Assembly: GCA_051362555.1 (NCBI GenBank)
Contig: CM120642.1
Coordinates: 22,258,001 to 22,322,000, forward strand
Length of the DNA: 64,000 nucleotides
Reading direction: 5' to 3'
Origin: Lingula anatina
Taxonomy: Eukaryota; Animalia; Brachiopoda
The notes below the pieces were generated by a model. That model was not told the DNA's origin. It worked only from the letters and a program-made list of their open reading frames with translations, and searched no databases. A program made the translations under genes and the position numbers. Within the stretch, counting starts at the first letter, position 1, and each line of letters begins with the position of its first letter. This document shows positions 1-11,585 of this stretch, one piece after another.

Positions 1-5
1 ATGGC

Positions 6-1659
6 ACATTACCATACTTAATATGGAATATTTTTTATCATTGTTATTTTTGAGTGCTGATTAAAAAATTTTTGACTTGATTCATCAAAAAAGTATGTCA
101 TTGGGTGATAAAAATATCCAGTCTTCTATTGTGAGATATTTTGGTCAATAATATCAAATCAGACATAAGATGTCATTCAAAAGAAAAGAACGCCCCAAGA
201 AAACCATATCAACAGTTTGATGTCAGTAATAACTTTAAGCTAAGATATTAAAGAAAATGATAGCCTCCGGACAGTGATATGTTACGCAGTCAAAGAACTC
301 ATTACAGTAAATCATGAAAAGTCATCAGTAGCGGGTATGACCTCCAGCAGCCGCTTGCAGCGCCCTCATCCTACATGGCATACCCTGTGACAAGTTTTTT
401 AGAGTTTGGATGGGATATCATTCCACACAGTGATATTTGCCTGTCGCAGTCCATCACTATTTACCAGCCAATGACCATAGCTATTAATTCTGTGAGTTAC
501 TTCCACCCACAGATTTTCAATTGGGTTCATATTTGGGGTCTGCAGGCCAGGGCAGTTGCTGAACCCATTGGTTTTGAAGAAAAACAGAGATTCTGCGAGC
601 TTGATGTGGGGTTGCGCAATCGTCTTGGTACAAAAAGTTGTTCCTGAAGATGACTCTTACAAATCGAAGCATTGTTTGCTGTAGAATGTCTCTGTAGGAA
701 TCCTGGTTGAGGTTGCCTCCTAGAAAATCCAACTGGTTCTGAGCACTGGCATGAAATGCTCCCCAAACAGAGACGTTGCCACCCCCTGCTTGCACCCTAG
801 GCAGTACACAATCACTGATTTATGGCTCTCGTACATGTCGACAGTCACGGATTCGACGGTCAACCCTAAAAAATCCATATCTGGCCTCATCACTGAAAAT
901 GACGTGATTCCAGCGGTTTCGCTCCAAACGCACGTGGTTCCCAGTCCATTGCAGACGTCGCTGTATATGACCTGCTGTTAACAGTGGTTTCCCTACTGGT
1001 CTTTGTGCAAAATAACCAACTTGCAGTAATCTCTTGTTTACGAGGGATCTTGAAACGGGTGTTTGAATGACATTCTGCCACTCTTTTCTGAGGACACTGG
1101 TTGTCTTTGTACGACCAGCATGGCGCACTCTAAGGAGAAGGCAATCCTCTCTTCTTGGTGTGATACGCAGACACCCTGGTTGAGGTATTGGAGTAGGTGC
1201 CCCTGTTGTAGCATTTCCTTGGAGGACTTTACTAACGGTTCCTGCTTAAATGTTGAATTGCCTGGCAATGACTGTCCGTTTCTGGCCATTTTCTCTGAGA
1301 GCAAAAATCCCATAGTAAGCTGCGTTGCTTAGCTGTCGAAACATATTTTCTGGTACCTGTCAAGTTTCAGAGCGATCCCTTTGTTGTTTCCTTAAATACA
1401 CTTCAAATATTGACTAAACCCATGCGTTTTTATACAAGGGCAGAAATTGCCGAAAATACCACCCCTCACATTTTTTACCACAGAACATGCAACTGCATGC
1501 ATCAATTGTTTCGAGAGTTGTGTGGTAATTAGGTAACACACCTGGCTACACATGGAGTGGCACCTCAGTTTTGGATTTAAAATAGTTAGAGAGAAAATAA
1601 ATATTTTGTAGAAAATTTACTCGCCCAAAAATAATATTCCATATTAAGTAGTAACCCTG
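6..1659 (-). mobile_element. Decayed Tc1/mariner DNA transposon
   Basis: Inverted repeat TACTTAATATGGAATATT at 15-32 matches AATATTCCATATTAAGTA at 1633-1650. The right end is ...ACCCTG followed by TA (1660-1661); the left tip is degenerate. Encloses a Tc1 transposase pseudogene. Confidence 0.85.
325..1344 (-). pseudogene. Tc1-family DDE transposase pseudogene (several stops, frameshift)
   Basis: Starts MFRQLSNAAYYG at ATG 1344. Motifs KPLLT..H..RRLQW, WNHVIFSDEARY, GGGNVSVWGAF, FLYQDDCATPH, LPWPA and the typical Tc1 C-terminus MPCRMRALQAAAGGHTRY* (stop 325-327). Split over ORFs 820-1128 and 517-795. Confidence 0.9.
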
Positions 1660-1817
1660 TACTTAAACATGCTTCCATCTTACGTGATATTTATAACCTA
1701 TATGTCCCACAAAATTATATAAATCATACTTACATCTTACATAAATTCAGTAATTTGAGACATTTCTTTTCCCACCCCTCTTTTTTTAAACTTACACCTC
1801 ATTCAGTTGACAATGAC

Positions 1818-4216
1818 CATTTGACAATGTCCTGAATCTTTCCACATACCATCTGTTGTATACATGGATGAGACATGGCCTTGCTCATGTTGCTGTCTCC
1901 CACTGCCTGCTTTTTTTATAGGAATTAGCCATGACCAGACAGGAAGTGTCACTTCACCAAGAAGCAGCCATACTATATGGAAAGGGTCAACTGGAATTGA
2001 AAAGACTGTAATTACAAGGCTTATAGTAGTTAAACGTTAATAATTTTGACAAATCTAATCCAACTTTTGTGAAATTTGTACAAATGATGTATAAGATCAA
2101 TAAAAATCTGTGATAAGCTTATCAGTTGACTATGTCCAACGAGAAAGATTTTTTTGCCCAATATATTTTAGAAAACTAAAAATTACATTGAAAAGACTGG
2201 CAAATTCCAACAGCATAAAAGAGTTAATGTTAATAATTTTTACAAATCAAGTCCAACATTACTGAAATTTGTACAAATGATGCATAACAACAGTAAAAAT
2301 CTGTGATAAGCTTGTTAATTGGCTTTGTCCAATGAAAAAGATTATTTCCGACAATATATTTGAGAAAACTGATAATTACATTGAAAAGACTGGCAAATTC
2401 AATGGTTTAAAATAGTTAAACATTAATAATTTTGACAAATCTGGTCAAATAGTTGTGAAATTTGTGCAAATGATGCATAACAACAATAAAAATCTGTGAT
2501 AAGCTTATCAGTTGCCTATGTCAAATGAAAAAGACTTTTTCGGCCAATATATTTGAGAAAACTGAAAATTACATTGAAAAGACTGGCAAATTCCATGGTT
2601 TAAAATAGTTAAACATTAATAATTTTGACAAATCTAGTCCCACATTACTGAAATTTGTACAAATGATGCAGAACAACAATAAAAATCTGTGATAAGCTTA
2701 TCAGTGGACTGTATGTAATAGAAGTGTAGTTTATTGGCAATTTTTGTGAGAATAGTGAATTACTGAAAACAAGTTTTTCAATTTTTCAACATATCATTCA
2801 GTCTCAAATGAAACAAAATGTTATGATTTGAGTTCGTTTGTGTAAGAAGTGGCAAATTACCCACAAATGTCATCTGAAAAACAACATATAACCATTCAAG
2901 ACTTCTCCTTACTGCCAATACCACATGCAGATTCCACCTTACAATGGGTTTCTGGCATCAAGTTTAGCACACCATTTCACAATGTCCTAAATCTTTCCAC
3001 ATACCATGTATTGTACACATGGATTAGACATGGACTAGCTCTTACTGCTATCTTTCACTGCAGGCTTTTTCTAAAGGAAATAGCCATGACCAGACAGGAA
3101 GTGTTAGTTGACCAAGAAGCAGCCATGCTATATGGAAAGGGTCACCTGGAATTGAACAGACTAGAATTAAATGGCTTATAGTAGTTAAACGTTAACAATT
3201 TTGACAAATCTAGTGCAGCATAACTGAATTTGTACAAATGATGCATAACAACAATAAAAATCTGTGATAAGCTTATCAGTTGACTATGTCCAATTAAAAA
3301 GATTTTTTCACCCAATATATTTGAGAAAACTGAAAATTACATTGAAAAGACTGGCAAATTCCATGGTTTAAAATAGTTAAACATTAATAATTTTGACAAA
3401 TCTAGTCCCACATTACTGAAATTTGTACAAATGATGCAGAACAACAATAAAAATCTGTGATAAGCTTATCAGTGGACTGTATGTAATAGAAGTGTAGTTT
3501 ATTGGCAATTTTTGTGAGAATAGTGAATTACTGAAAACAAGTTTTTCAATTTTTCAACATATCATTCAGTCTCAAATGAAACAAAATGTTATGATTTGAG
3601 TTCGTTTGTGTAAGAAGTGGCAAATTACCCACAAATGTCATCTGAAAAACAACATATAACCATTCAAGACTTCTCCTTACTGCCAATACCACATGCAGAT
3701 TCCACCTTACAATGGGTTTCTGGCATCGAGTTTAGCACACCATTTCACAATGTCCTAAATCTTTCCACATACCATGTATTGTACACATGGATTAGACATG
3801 GACTAGCTCTTACTGCTATCTTTCACTGCAGGCTTTTTCTAAAGGAAATAGCCATGACCAGACAGGAAGTGTTAGTTGACCAAGAAGCAGCCATGCTATA
3901 TGGAAAGGGTCACCTGGAATTGAACAGACTAGAATTAAATGGCTTATAGTAGTTAAACGTTAACAATTTTGACAAATCTAGTGCAGCATAACTGAATTTG
4001 TACAAATGATGCATAACAACAATAAAAATCTGTGATACGCTTATCAGTTGACTATGTCCAATTAAAAAGATTTTTTCACCCAATATATTTGAGAAAACTG
4101 AAAATTACATTGAAAAGACTAGCAATTTCCATGGTTTAAAATAGTTAAACGTTAATGATTTTGTCAAATCTAGTCCCACATTACTGAAATTTGTACAAAT
4201 GATGCAGAACAACAAT
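1818..4216 (-). repeat. Small diverged, inverted copy of the 33.65-64 kb array (3 exon-like blocks plus ~195-bp monomers; includes a 768-bp direct duplication)
   Basis: The reverse complement matches the array unique block (GCCATGACC.GACAGGAAG, CCACATACCAT) and monomers (TGTGATAAGCTTATCA, TTTTGACAAATCTAGTCC). ORFs 2849-3181 and 3617-3949 differ by one residue and lie 768 bp apart. Confidence 0.9.
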
Positions 4217-5375
4217 AACATGGCAGCAAAGCTGTCAAATGTACAGAAAAAAAGCAGAAAATAACAATGCACAAAATAATGAAAATGCGTATATACAAAA
4301 ATCAAATTTTCACAAAAAATGTAAAACTTTCAGAAAAATAAATAAACAGACTGCTTTTCCAAAGGAAGCTGCATTTAAGGCCCATGTTTCTTTCCTGTAA
4401 ATTTGAGAAGAGTGAGTGACATGGTTTTCCTTTAATGGGCACTATGGCAGAAGTGCCTAGAATAGTTTTCTTTAATTTTGATGCAATATTGCATAATGCT
4501 TAACAGCATAATCACTATCAATTTTTAATGATAAAATAGAAGTATCATGTTTATTCAGAAAATATGACTAGTAAAGGTCTTTGGGACTATGGAACTTCAA
4601 GTATCACCTTGAAATTACCAAAATGAGTTTCATGACAACAGGCATATCAGTTTGCCTTGAAATGTATTTACAGTGTTGAATATATGATGAAAAGATCACA
4701 GCAACGGTGATGGCGGCTACGACAGATGCAGGTGACGGCAATATGTACAGACACGTCTGTGTCTGTACATAAAAATGTGCCTGGCAAAGGTCTTCGGGAC
4801 TATGGGGACTATGAACTTCAAAGTCACACCTTGAAATTGCCAAAATGTAAACAAGACTGAATCTGAGGTAAAAGCACTTATAAACAAGGCATAACTGCAT
4901 CAAAACCAAACCAATCTAGCTTATTTTCGAACTCGACCTGTATTTTAGTAAGATTAAGCACTCCTGTGAGTTTCATGTCTATAAGCCTATTGGTTTTCCT
5001 CGAAATGTGTTAACAGTGTTGTATATATGACGAAAAGTGAGAAAACAGCTTAACTTATAAAATAATGGCTGATCATGTCAATTTTCTAACTTGACCTGCA
5101 TTTTAGTAAGATTGATTAAACCTGTGAGCTTCATGACAACAGGCCTATCGGTTGAAAAAAAAGCATAACTGCTAAAATAATGGCCTGATCATGGTGATTT
5201 CCATACGTGACCTACATTTTATAAATATTCATCAGCTCTGTAAATATAAAGCCAAAAGTAAAACTGTCTTCCACTTATCATGTTTATGCTGAAAGTGCAT
5301 GTCGACGGTGACGACGGCGATGACAGACACAGGTGACGGCAATATGTACAGACTCATCTGTGTCTGTACATAAAA
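4217..5375 (-). mobile_element. Non-autonomous Helentron-type element (HINE/DINE-1/pearl-like), copy A
   Basis: One end AACATGGCAGCAAAGCTGTCAAATGTACAGA. The other end, GAC microsatellite + ATGTACAGAC.CATCTGTGTCTGTACATAAAAA hairpin, occurs twice (ending 4775 and 5375). Internal ~160-bp repeat remnants; no TSD. Confidence 0.75.
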
Positions 5376-6619
5376 AGGCTGCTTTGTTAGTGCAATCTTT
5401 GTCATAATCTATTCAGCTTTCTGGCCAATTGGACCACCATTTTCCTAAAATCTACTGAATCCACTGAGATCCAGGTAAATTATTTAATAGACTGGACATT
5501 TTCACCTATTGCATTACAATTTGTAATAACAGGACACTTATTTTATTTTGTCAAATGAATTATTTAGAATCATCATCATGTAACAGTTACATTTCATAAA
5601 AAGGTAAATTAAGAGTTTATCTGAAGCATACCTAGTGTCATTATTATTATGTACATGAACACAGATGTGTCTGTACATATAGCCGTCACCTGTGTCTGTC
5701 GTCGCCGCCATGCACTTTTACCGATAACACGATAAAAAGGAAAACCATTTTTTCTTTAGGCTTGAAAATTACAAAACTGATGAATATTCATAATACACAG
5801 GTCAAGTTCAAACTTCAGCATGATTGGGCCATTTTTATGGAAGTTATGCTGTTTTTTTTTAACTTTTCAGAATATATTCAACACTGTAAACACATTTCAA
5901 GGCAAACCGATAAGACTGTTGTCATGAAACTCACAGGTTTAATCAATCTTACTAAAATGCAGGTCAAGTTAGAAAATCAGCATTATCGGGTAATTTTTGT
6001 GGAAGTTATCCTTTTTTTTCACTTTTTTCAGCATATATGCAACACTGATAACACGATAAGTGAAAAACCATTTTACCTTGGAGCAAATTGGACATTTAAA
6101 ATTGTTCTATTGATATTTTTCCTATGTCAACAATTTTTTAATTAAAGGGATAATAACTCTTCGTTTCGGCCAAAAAATGAATTTTCCTGGAGTAAACAAC
6201 AATTTTCCCATGCTTACCAATGGTTAATGAATCCATTTTTACATTCAAAGTTAGTCCCTGGTTTTTTTCTAAAAAGTTTGGTTTTTTTTGTTAAATCTCT
6301 TAAGAGATTTTAACAGAGTATAGCCATCAATGGAGGTCACGTGGTCTTAAGACAAGCTCAGATATCAGAATAATAGCCATAACTGCCGTTTTTGTGGTAA
6401 AACAGAATATAATAATAATAATAATAATAATATATTTATTTCAAGTCTAAAATCCATAAAATGTTCAATAGACTGTACAACATAAAATACAAAGAAGTTT
6501 ATAGATAAAAATGGTTAAGATATATTTTATATAAATAAGAGCTAAACTAACTTAATTGTAATAAACAGTAATTAAAAGTAAAAAATCCAAGGTTTCTTTA
6601 AAATTATAAAATTTAAGAT

Positions 6620-6943
6620 TCATGAATAAAATGTCTTAAAAATATGAGTTTTTAATTCCTTTTTAAAAGATTCTTGTGATTCTATTTGTCTAAGAAAAAT
6701 TGGCAACTTATTCCACTCTACTGGTGCAGCTACACAAAATGATATGTCACCATATGATTTTAACCTTGATTTTGGAACTTTCAGTAAAAGTTTGTCACCA
6801 GACCTCAGGGATCTTTGAGGGCTATAATGTTTGACTAAATCAGTTATATATGGTGGAGCTAGATTATAAAAAGCAGCATGTGTAAAAACTAAAACCTTAA
6901 ATAAAATTCTGGCCCTAACTGGTAACCAGTGCAGATGCTTTAA
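6620..6943 (-). pseudogene. L2-group LINE ORF2 C-terminus, downstream of the DIRS insertion
   Basis: Manual translation LKHLHWLPVRARILFKVLV...RSLRS...YGDISFCVAAPVEWNKLP...FKKELKTHIFKTFYS* continues HITPI in frame, giving the L2 motif HITPxLxxLHWLPV. Confidence 0.9.
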
Positions 6944-7171
6944 AATTTAAAAAATTAAACGAGACTTACCTTGGTTAAGTCGAAGTTTGATTTCAATTCT
7001 TTGAGTAAAGAATTGAGGGAGGGCTTAACTGAGATCCGGTTGCGCGCGCAGGGCACTTTTCAAAGTGTTTGTCACATTAACCACATGGAATTAATTACAT
7101 TAATTCCCCACAGCTCTCTTCCTCTATAATACAAGCAATGAGCTGTAACCCAAAGTTGGGTGGGAGGGTGG

Positions 7172-7297
7172 CAGTTAAGCCCTCCCTCAATTCTTTACTC
7201 AAAGAATTGAAATCAAACTTCGACTTAACCAAGGTAAGTCTCGTTAAATTTTTTTAATTCTTTTTCGTAAGAAGAATTTCGTTGGTCTTAACTGAGA
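7172..7297. repeat. DIRS internal complementary region (ICR)
   Basis: 7172-7259 is the reverse complement of 6944-7031, and 7256-7297 is the reverse complement of 11544-11585. The two halves join at AATT, the expected circle junction. Confidence 0.92.
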
Positions 7298-7344
7298 CTT
7301 TAAAGCTTGATGTGACAAACATTTCATTCATTTCAAAAGATTCT

Positions 7345-8466
7345 TTATTTACCCAGAACTCCATCCTGGAATCTGTCTTGATTACTTACAATGCGCTTGT
7401 CATAGAACTTCGCAAAAGTACTTTTCTTAGACCAACCAGCTTTGTCAATAATGACTAATATAGGTACTGCAGAGGCTTTTGCCTTAGAGGTAGCTGCAGC
7501 TCTAACACTGTGAGAGCTAAATGTATAAGTGTCTATACCAGCTCTACTCATAACAGTTTTTATCCATCTTGCTACTGTGTCTCTTGCGACATTATGATGT
7601 GGTTTCATGTAACTTATTAACAAACGTGCACAGTTCTTGTCATTTCTCATGACTTTTGTGCGAAACAAATATTCCTTCAATACAGTATACACACAAAGCC
7701 TCCTGTCTGGAGGGTAGGCCTTAAAAGATACTGAAACAACATTATAACCTGGCCTATTTTGTTTTAAAGAACCATCTAACTTGAACAAAAACTCAGTTCT
7801 CAATTTTTTATAACCTTGAAAACTTAACAACTGCAAAGTTTGTGTACGTGCAGCTTGAGTCAGAGCCATGAGCATCACTAGCTTTAATGTCAAATCTTTG
7901 AGAGTTATATGCTTAACAGGAGAAAGTTTCCTCAAATATGTCAATACTCTTTCAACATCCCACACCTCTGTGTATCTGGGTTGTGATGGTCTGGCTGCAA
8001 ACACACCCTTCATGTATCTGATAATTAATGGGTGATTTCCAATTCTGAATCCATCAAAGTTTATTCCTAAAGCTGAGAGAGCTCCACGTGCAGTGTTCAA
8101 ACTCTCATAACCCAAACCTTTATTAAATTGTTCAGTTAAAAACTCGATTACTGCTTCCAAAGTTGGCGAAAGTGGAGTAATTGTCCTTTTACTACAGTAC
8201 TGAAACCACCTGTTAATGTGTGTGTTATATTGTTTTTGTGTCCCTGTTTTCCAAGACAACATAAGTATTTTGGTAGAGTCCTCTGAAAATCCTCGTTCTC
8301 TGAAACTATTCCTGACACTTTGCAAGCAATCAGTCTTAATTTCCCTTCCAAAGGGTGTTTCAACTGCAGGTGAGGAAGTCTTAAAAGATTCTTCTTTTTC
8401 TGTATTATGACTGGTTTCTCCACCAACAATTCCATCAGTCTCGGAAACCATGCTTGTGTGGGCCAC
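7345..8466 (-). CDS. DIRS tyrosine recombinase (ORF3)
   Basis: 373-aa ORF with catalytic-type motifs AARTQTL (R), SHSVR (HxxR), AGWS and FAKFY (Y). Overlaps the end of pol by 319 nt. Confidence 0.93.
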   Translation of the reverse strand: MAHTSMVSETDGIVGGETSHNTEKEESFKTSSPAVETPFGREIKTDCLQSVRNSFRERGFSEDSTKILMLSWKTGTQKQYNTHINRWFQYCSKRTITPLSPTLEAVIEFLTEQFNKGLGYESLNTARGALSALGINFDGFRIGNHPLIIRYMKGVFAARPSQPRYTEVWDVERVLTYLRKLSPVKHITLKDLTLKLVMLMALTQAARTQTLQLLSFQGYKKLRTEFLFKLDGSLKQNRPGYNVVSVSFKAYPPDRRLCVYTVLKEYLFRTKVMRNDKNCARLLISYMKPHHNVARDTVARWIKTVMSRAGIDTYTFSSHSVRAAATSKAKASAVPILVIIDKAGWSKKSTFAKFYDKRIVSNQDRFQDGVLGK

Positions 8467-10265
8467 ATTGGTGCTACAATGATTCCCTTGGCTCTGTCCT
8501 GTCTGACTTTCTGCACACAGTTTCCCAGTAAGCTAAAAGGTGGAAACAAATAAACTGAGTTAAAAGTTTCCCAGTCAATGGTAAAAGCATCAACAAAAGA
8601 GCAGTTTGGATCAGGCTTCCATGAACAATATGTTTCTACTTGAGCATTTATTCTAGATGCAAAGCAGTCTATATCTGGGGTTCCCCAAAAATTACATATC
8701 TTATGAAAAATCTTGCTGTCTAATTTCCATTCAAGATCATCCTTGAATTCTCTGGAAGCCTTATCTGCTGCCTCATTATTTTTGCCAGCTATATGTGTAC
8801 ATGTTAACCAGACATCATGTGATATACACCAAATCCATATGTCACATGCTACTTTATTACAGTTTTCAGAAACTGTGCCTCCCATGTTGTTAATGTATGA
8901 CACTGCCGTAGTGTTATCTGACATCACCTTAATATGCTTTGACTTAAGATCACGTTTGAGGGACTTGAGTGCATTCAAAATGGCCATTAATTCTAATACA
9001 TTAATAGGCAATTTACCCTCTACATTCGTCCATCTACCTCCAAAATTATTGTTTTTATAACTTGCACCCCAACCTAAAGTGGATGCGTCTGTATGTAAAG
9101 TCTCTGAGGGGTTTGGTCTAGCAATAACCCTATGCTGGGATTTCAAGTTGACAATCCACCAAATTAAATCTGACCTCATACTGTTTGATATTATCATGGG
9201 TGCATCATAGTTACCCTTCGATTCTTGTAAAGCCTTAATCTTTGCTCTTTCTAACTTCCTATAGTACAGTTTGCCATAATCCACAGCTGAAAAACTTGCT
9301 ACTAACAACCCAATGACTCTCGCCACTTGTCTAATAGGTGCCTTTGAAACATTATACAACTCTTCGCATGCAGAAATTATTTTCTCCTGCCTGTCAAGTG
9401 GCATTGTTACTATCATTTTGTCAGAATCAATAACATTTCCCAAAAATTTTAACTTGCTTGTTGGTCTCAAAACTGATTTGTCTTCATTTATGATGAAACC
9501 CAATTTGGACAGAAGTGTAACTGTTGCATTTAAGTTCTCCGTACATTCTAAATCATCACTGCCAATTATTAAACTGTCATCAATGTACCCTGAACTAACA
9601 TAACCTAAACTTCTCAGTTTCCCAAAAACTGGTTTAAGAAGTTTTGTAAACAATCGCGGGCCTTCACTGACCCCATTGGGTAAGCAGGTATATTGGTAGA
9701 TTTTATCCCTCCACTGGAATCTAAAAAATTTTTGCTGTTCATCTGCAAATTTAATTGAATAATAAGCATGACGGATATCGACAGACCCCATTTTTACATT
9801 TTTGGTTATCAATGGTAGGGTTTTCTCAAAGGTTTCCATCTTAAAATGCTGATATGGAATGAACCGATTTAATTCCTTTAGATTCAGAATTAATCTGTAT
9901 TCACCATTTTCTTTTTGTCTCAAAAAAATCGGTGATAAAATTTGGCCTGCTTCACTATTCACAGGAATAATCACTTTCATGTCCAATAATTTTTTAATTT
10001 CTATGTCAATAATGGACATTTCTAACCTATTAAACTTGCAATTTGATTTCACAATGGCTGGAATCCCACCGTTGAAATCTAGATTAATATGACAATGCTT
10101 TACAATGTCAAGAATAAATAGGTCACTTGTAATCAGTTTCCATTGATCAATAAAGTCAGCCAATCTACCTGCTTCAAAATAATTATTTACCTCATTTATT
10201 GCTTGGGCAGATTCCTCTGTCCCCTGCGTACATAGTTTTTTGCAAAAGAAGGCCCTGCTCCAGGA
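8148..10265 (-). CDS. DIRS pol: reverse transcriptase, RNase H, adenine-methyltransferase-like domain
   Basis: RLILNLKELN, DIRHAYYSI, CLPNG, GYIDD; RNase H TDASTLGWGA, INVLELMAI, SDNTTAV, AADKASR; MT-like DCFAS...DAF...YLFPPF. The frame is open from 10265 (called start 10163 is a TTG). Confidence 0.95.
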   Translation of the reverse strand, partial: SWSRAFFCKKLCTQGTEESAQAINEVNNYFEAGRLADFIDQWKLITSDLFILDIVKHCHINLDFNGGIPAIVKSNCKFNRLEMSIIDIEIKKLLDMKVIIPVNSEAGQILSPIFLRQKENGEYRLILNLKELNRFIPYQHFKMETFEKTLPLITKNVKMGSVDIRHAYYSIKFADEQQKFFRFQWRDKIYQYTCLPNGVSEGPRLFTKLLKPVFGKLRSLGYVSSGYIDDSLIIGSDDLECTENLNATVTLLSKLGFIINEDKSVLRPTSKLKFLGNVIDSDKMIVTMPLDRQEKIISACEELYNVSKAPIRQVARVIGLLVASFSAVDYGKLYYRKLERAKIKALQESKGNYDAPMIISNSMRSDLIWWIVNLKSQHRVIARPNPSETLHTDASTLGWGASYKNNNFGGRWTNVEGKLPINVLELMAILNALKSLKRDLKSKHIKVMSDNTTAVSYINNMGGTVSENCNKVACDIWIWCISHDVWLTCTHIAGKNNEAADKASREFKDDLEWKLDSKIFHKICNFWGTPDIDCFASRINAQVETYCSWKPDPNCSFVDAFTIDWETFNSVYLFPPFSLLGNCVQKVRQDRAKGIIVAPMWPTQAWFPRLMELLVEKPVIIQKKKNLLRLPHLQLKHPLEGKLRLIACKVSGIVSENEDFQRTLPKYLCCLGKQGHKNNITHTLTGGFSTVVKGQLLHFRQLWKQ

Positions 10266-11293
10266 TCATCCTGCCACACTCTGGGTCTTCCCCCTCCAGT
10301 AGGTCGATTAACACCTCTGTACACAGATCCACGGCCTCTGACACCACGTCCTCTACGTCCTCTGAGAGATCTGTCAAACAATTTATGTTTGATTTTTGAG
10401 CAATCCTCTATATCCCTTGCCATTTTGGGAAGATCGTCTCCAAATAAAAATTTTTGGCTGTAAGTCAGCTCATGACTGCAGAGGTGAGCATATTCTCCGC
10501 TCAATTGCGGTTTCAAAAAATCTTTCCTTGTCATATTTATCTGCCTGTTCATATGTCCCATGAGTGCTAGGACATCGTTGCAGTTTTCGATCATGCTGCC
10601 AATATGATCACTCGTGTCCTTTTCTGGATTCCTTTCGTATAAGGCCATCTGGTTTACAGTTTTAACTAAAATGTTTGCACCTTTAACCAAAGTATGTGCT
10701 ATGTTTTGCATTTTCCTATCGTTTGCTTTGGTCCAACCTGGGACCTGGTCCCATATCAACTGGTTGGTTTTCACGACTTGCAGGTAATCACAGTTACCTG
10801 GCCTGTGGTTCTGTTTAATCAACTCGTTTAAATGTTGTTCGTCCAGGCCATTCATAAAAAGATCGTTCACAGTTTTGGCCAGCACATCATCCACGTTGTC
10901 GGCCATTTCCTCCGACATGTTAAACTTCTTGGCCATGTGCTTAAACAGGTTGTCTTCCGTGTCGGGAAGATACGAGTCCAACTTCCTTTTTTCACCCGTT
11001 GTGCCTGCCTCCTCCGGCTCAACACATTCATTATCGACGTAAACTTCGTCGTCATACTGAGAATATTGCGCCTCCATGTTATCAATACGGCTGACGATGT
11101 TCTCTAACCTGCCGTCCTGAGCGTCCACAGAGGCTTTTAAAGATACAAGTAATGACATAATATTATCCTCTGACGAGGATTTCTCCACAGACTTAGGGTT
11201 TTTGGAAGCCGACTTCCCTTTACCCTTCCTGCCATCACTCACGTGTTCAGGTCCATTTTTAGTAATGGTACTACATGTAGTTTTGTCCGCCAT
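10196..11293 (-). CDS. DIRS ORF1 (gag-like)
   Basis: 365-aa ATG ORF in the first position, with a coiled-coil-like segment, RPGNC..L.V...N..IW, FLFGDDL and an RG-rich C-terminus typical of DIRS ORF1. Confidence 0.85.
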   Translation of the reverse strand: MADKTTCSTITKNGPEHVSDGRKGKGKSASKNPKSVEKSSSEDNIMSLLVSLKASVDAQDGRLENIVSRIDNMEAQYSQYDDEVYVDNECVEPEEAGTTGEKRKLDSYLPDTEDNLFKHMAKKFNMSEEMADNVDDVLAKTVNDLFMNGLDEQHLNELIKQNHRPGNCDYLQVVKTNQLIWDQVPGWTKANDRKMQNIAHTLVKGANILVKTVNQMALYERNPEKDTSDHIGSMIENCNDVLALMGHMNRQINMTRKDFLKPQLSGEYAHLCSHELTYSQKFLFGDDLPKMARDIEDCSKIKHKLFDRSLRGRRGRGVRGRGSVYRGVNRPTGGGRPRVWQDDPGAGPSFAKNYVRRGQRNLPKQ

Positions 11294-11585
11294 GACACCA
11301 CGTGTTCAGAAGCAGACGACGAAACCTGACTGAAATTGCGCCAAATACCGTTGCAAACGGCAAGACCACTGTCTATAACGATATAGCATGCACCACGTGC
11401 ACAATAAAAATCACCCAAAACCACGTTTCGGTGAAAAAGATCAGCGCCACTAGACAAATTCGCCCTTCAACCAAGGAGTATTGCACCAAGACTCCTTGCT
11501 TCAACTAGCGTGCAACCTAAAGTGCCCTGCACGCGCAACCGGATCTCAGTTAAGACCAACGAAATTCTTCTTACGAAAAAGAATT

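Larger units (their letters stand above)
6944..11585 (-). mobile_element. DIRS1-like tyrosine-recombinase retrotransposon, apparently complete (~4.64 kb)
   Basis: Three uninterrupted ORFs (gag, RT-RH-MT, YR). Inverted terminal repeats CTTAACTGAGATCCGGTTGCGCG.GCAGGGCACTTT at ~7024-7059 and ~11519-11553. Internal complementary region present. AATT at both junctions (6944-6947, 11582-11585). Confidence 0.96.

Noticed and set aside
2849-3949. Two 110-aa ORFs as genes
   Set aside because: GTG starts, inside a 768-bp duplication, antisense to the exon-like cassette, no recognisable domain.
7345-8466. Prophage or bacterial integrase / contamination
   Set aside because: The recombinase is part of a DIRS element with ITR and ICR, embedded in a metazoan LINE.
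11546-11585. C-terminus LFRKKNFVGLN of the 349-aa RT ORF
   Set aside because: Read-through into the DIRS terminus; the real LINE ORF continues at 6943.
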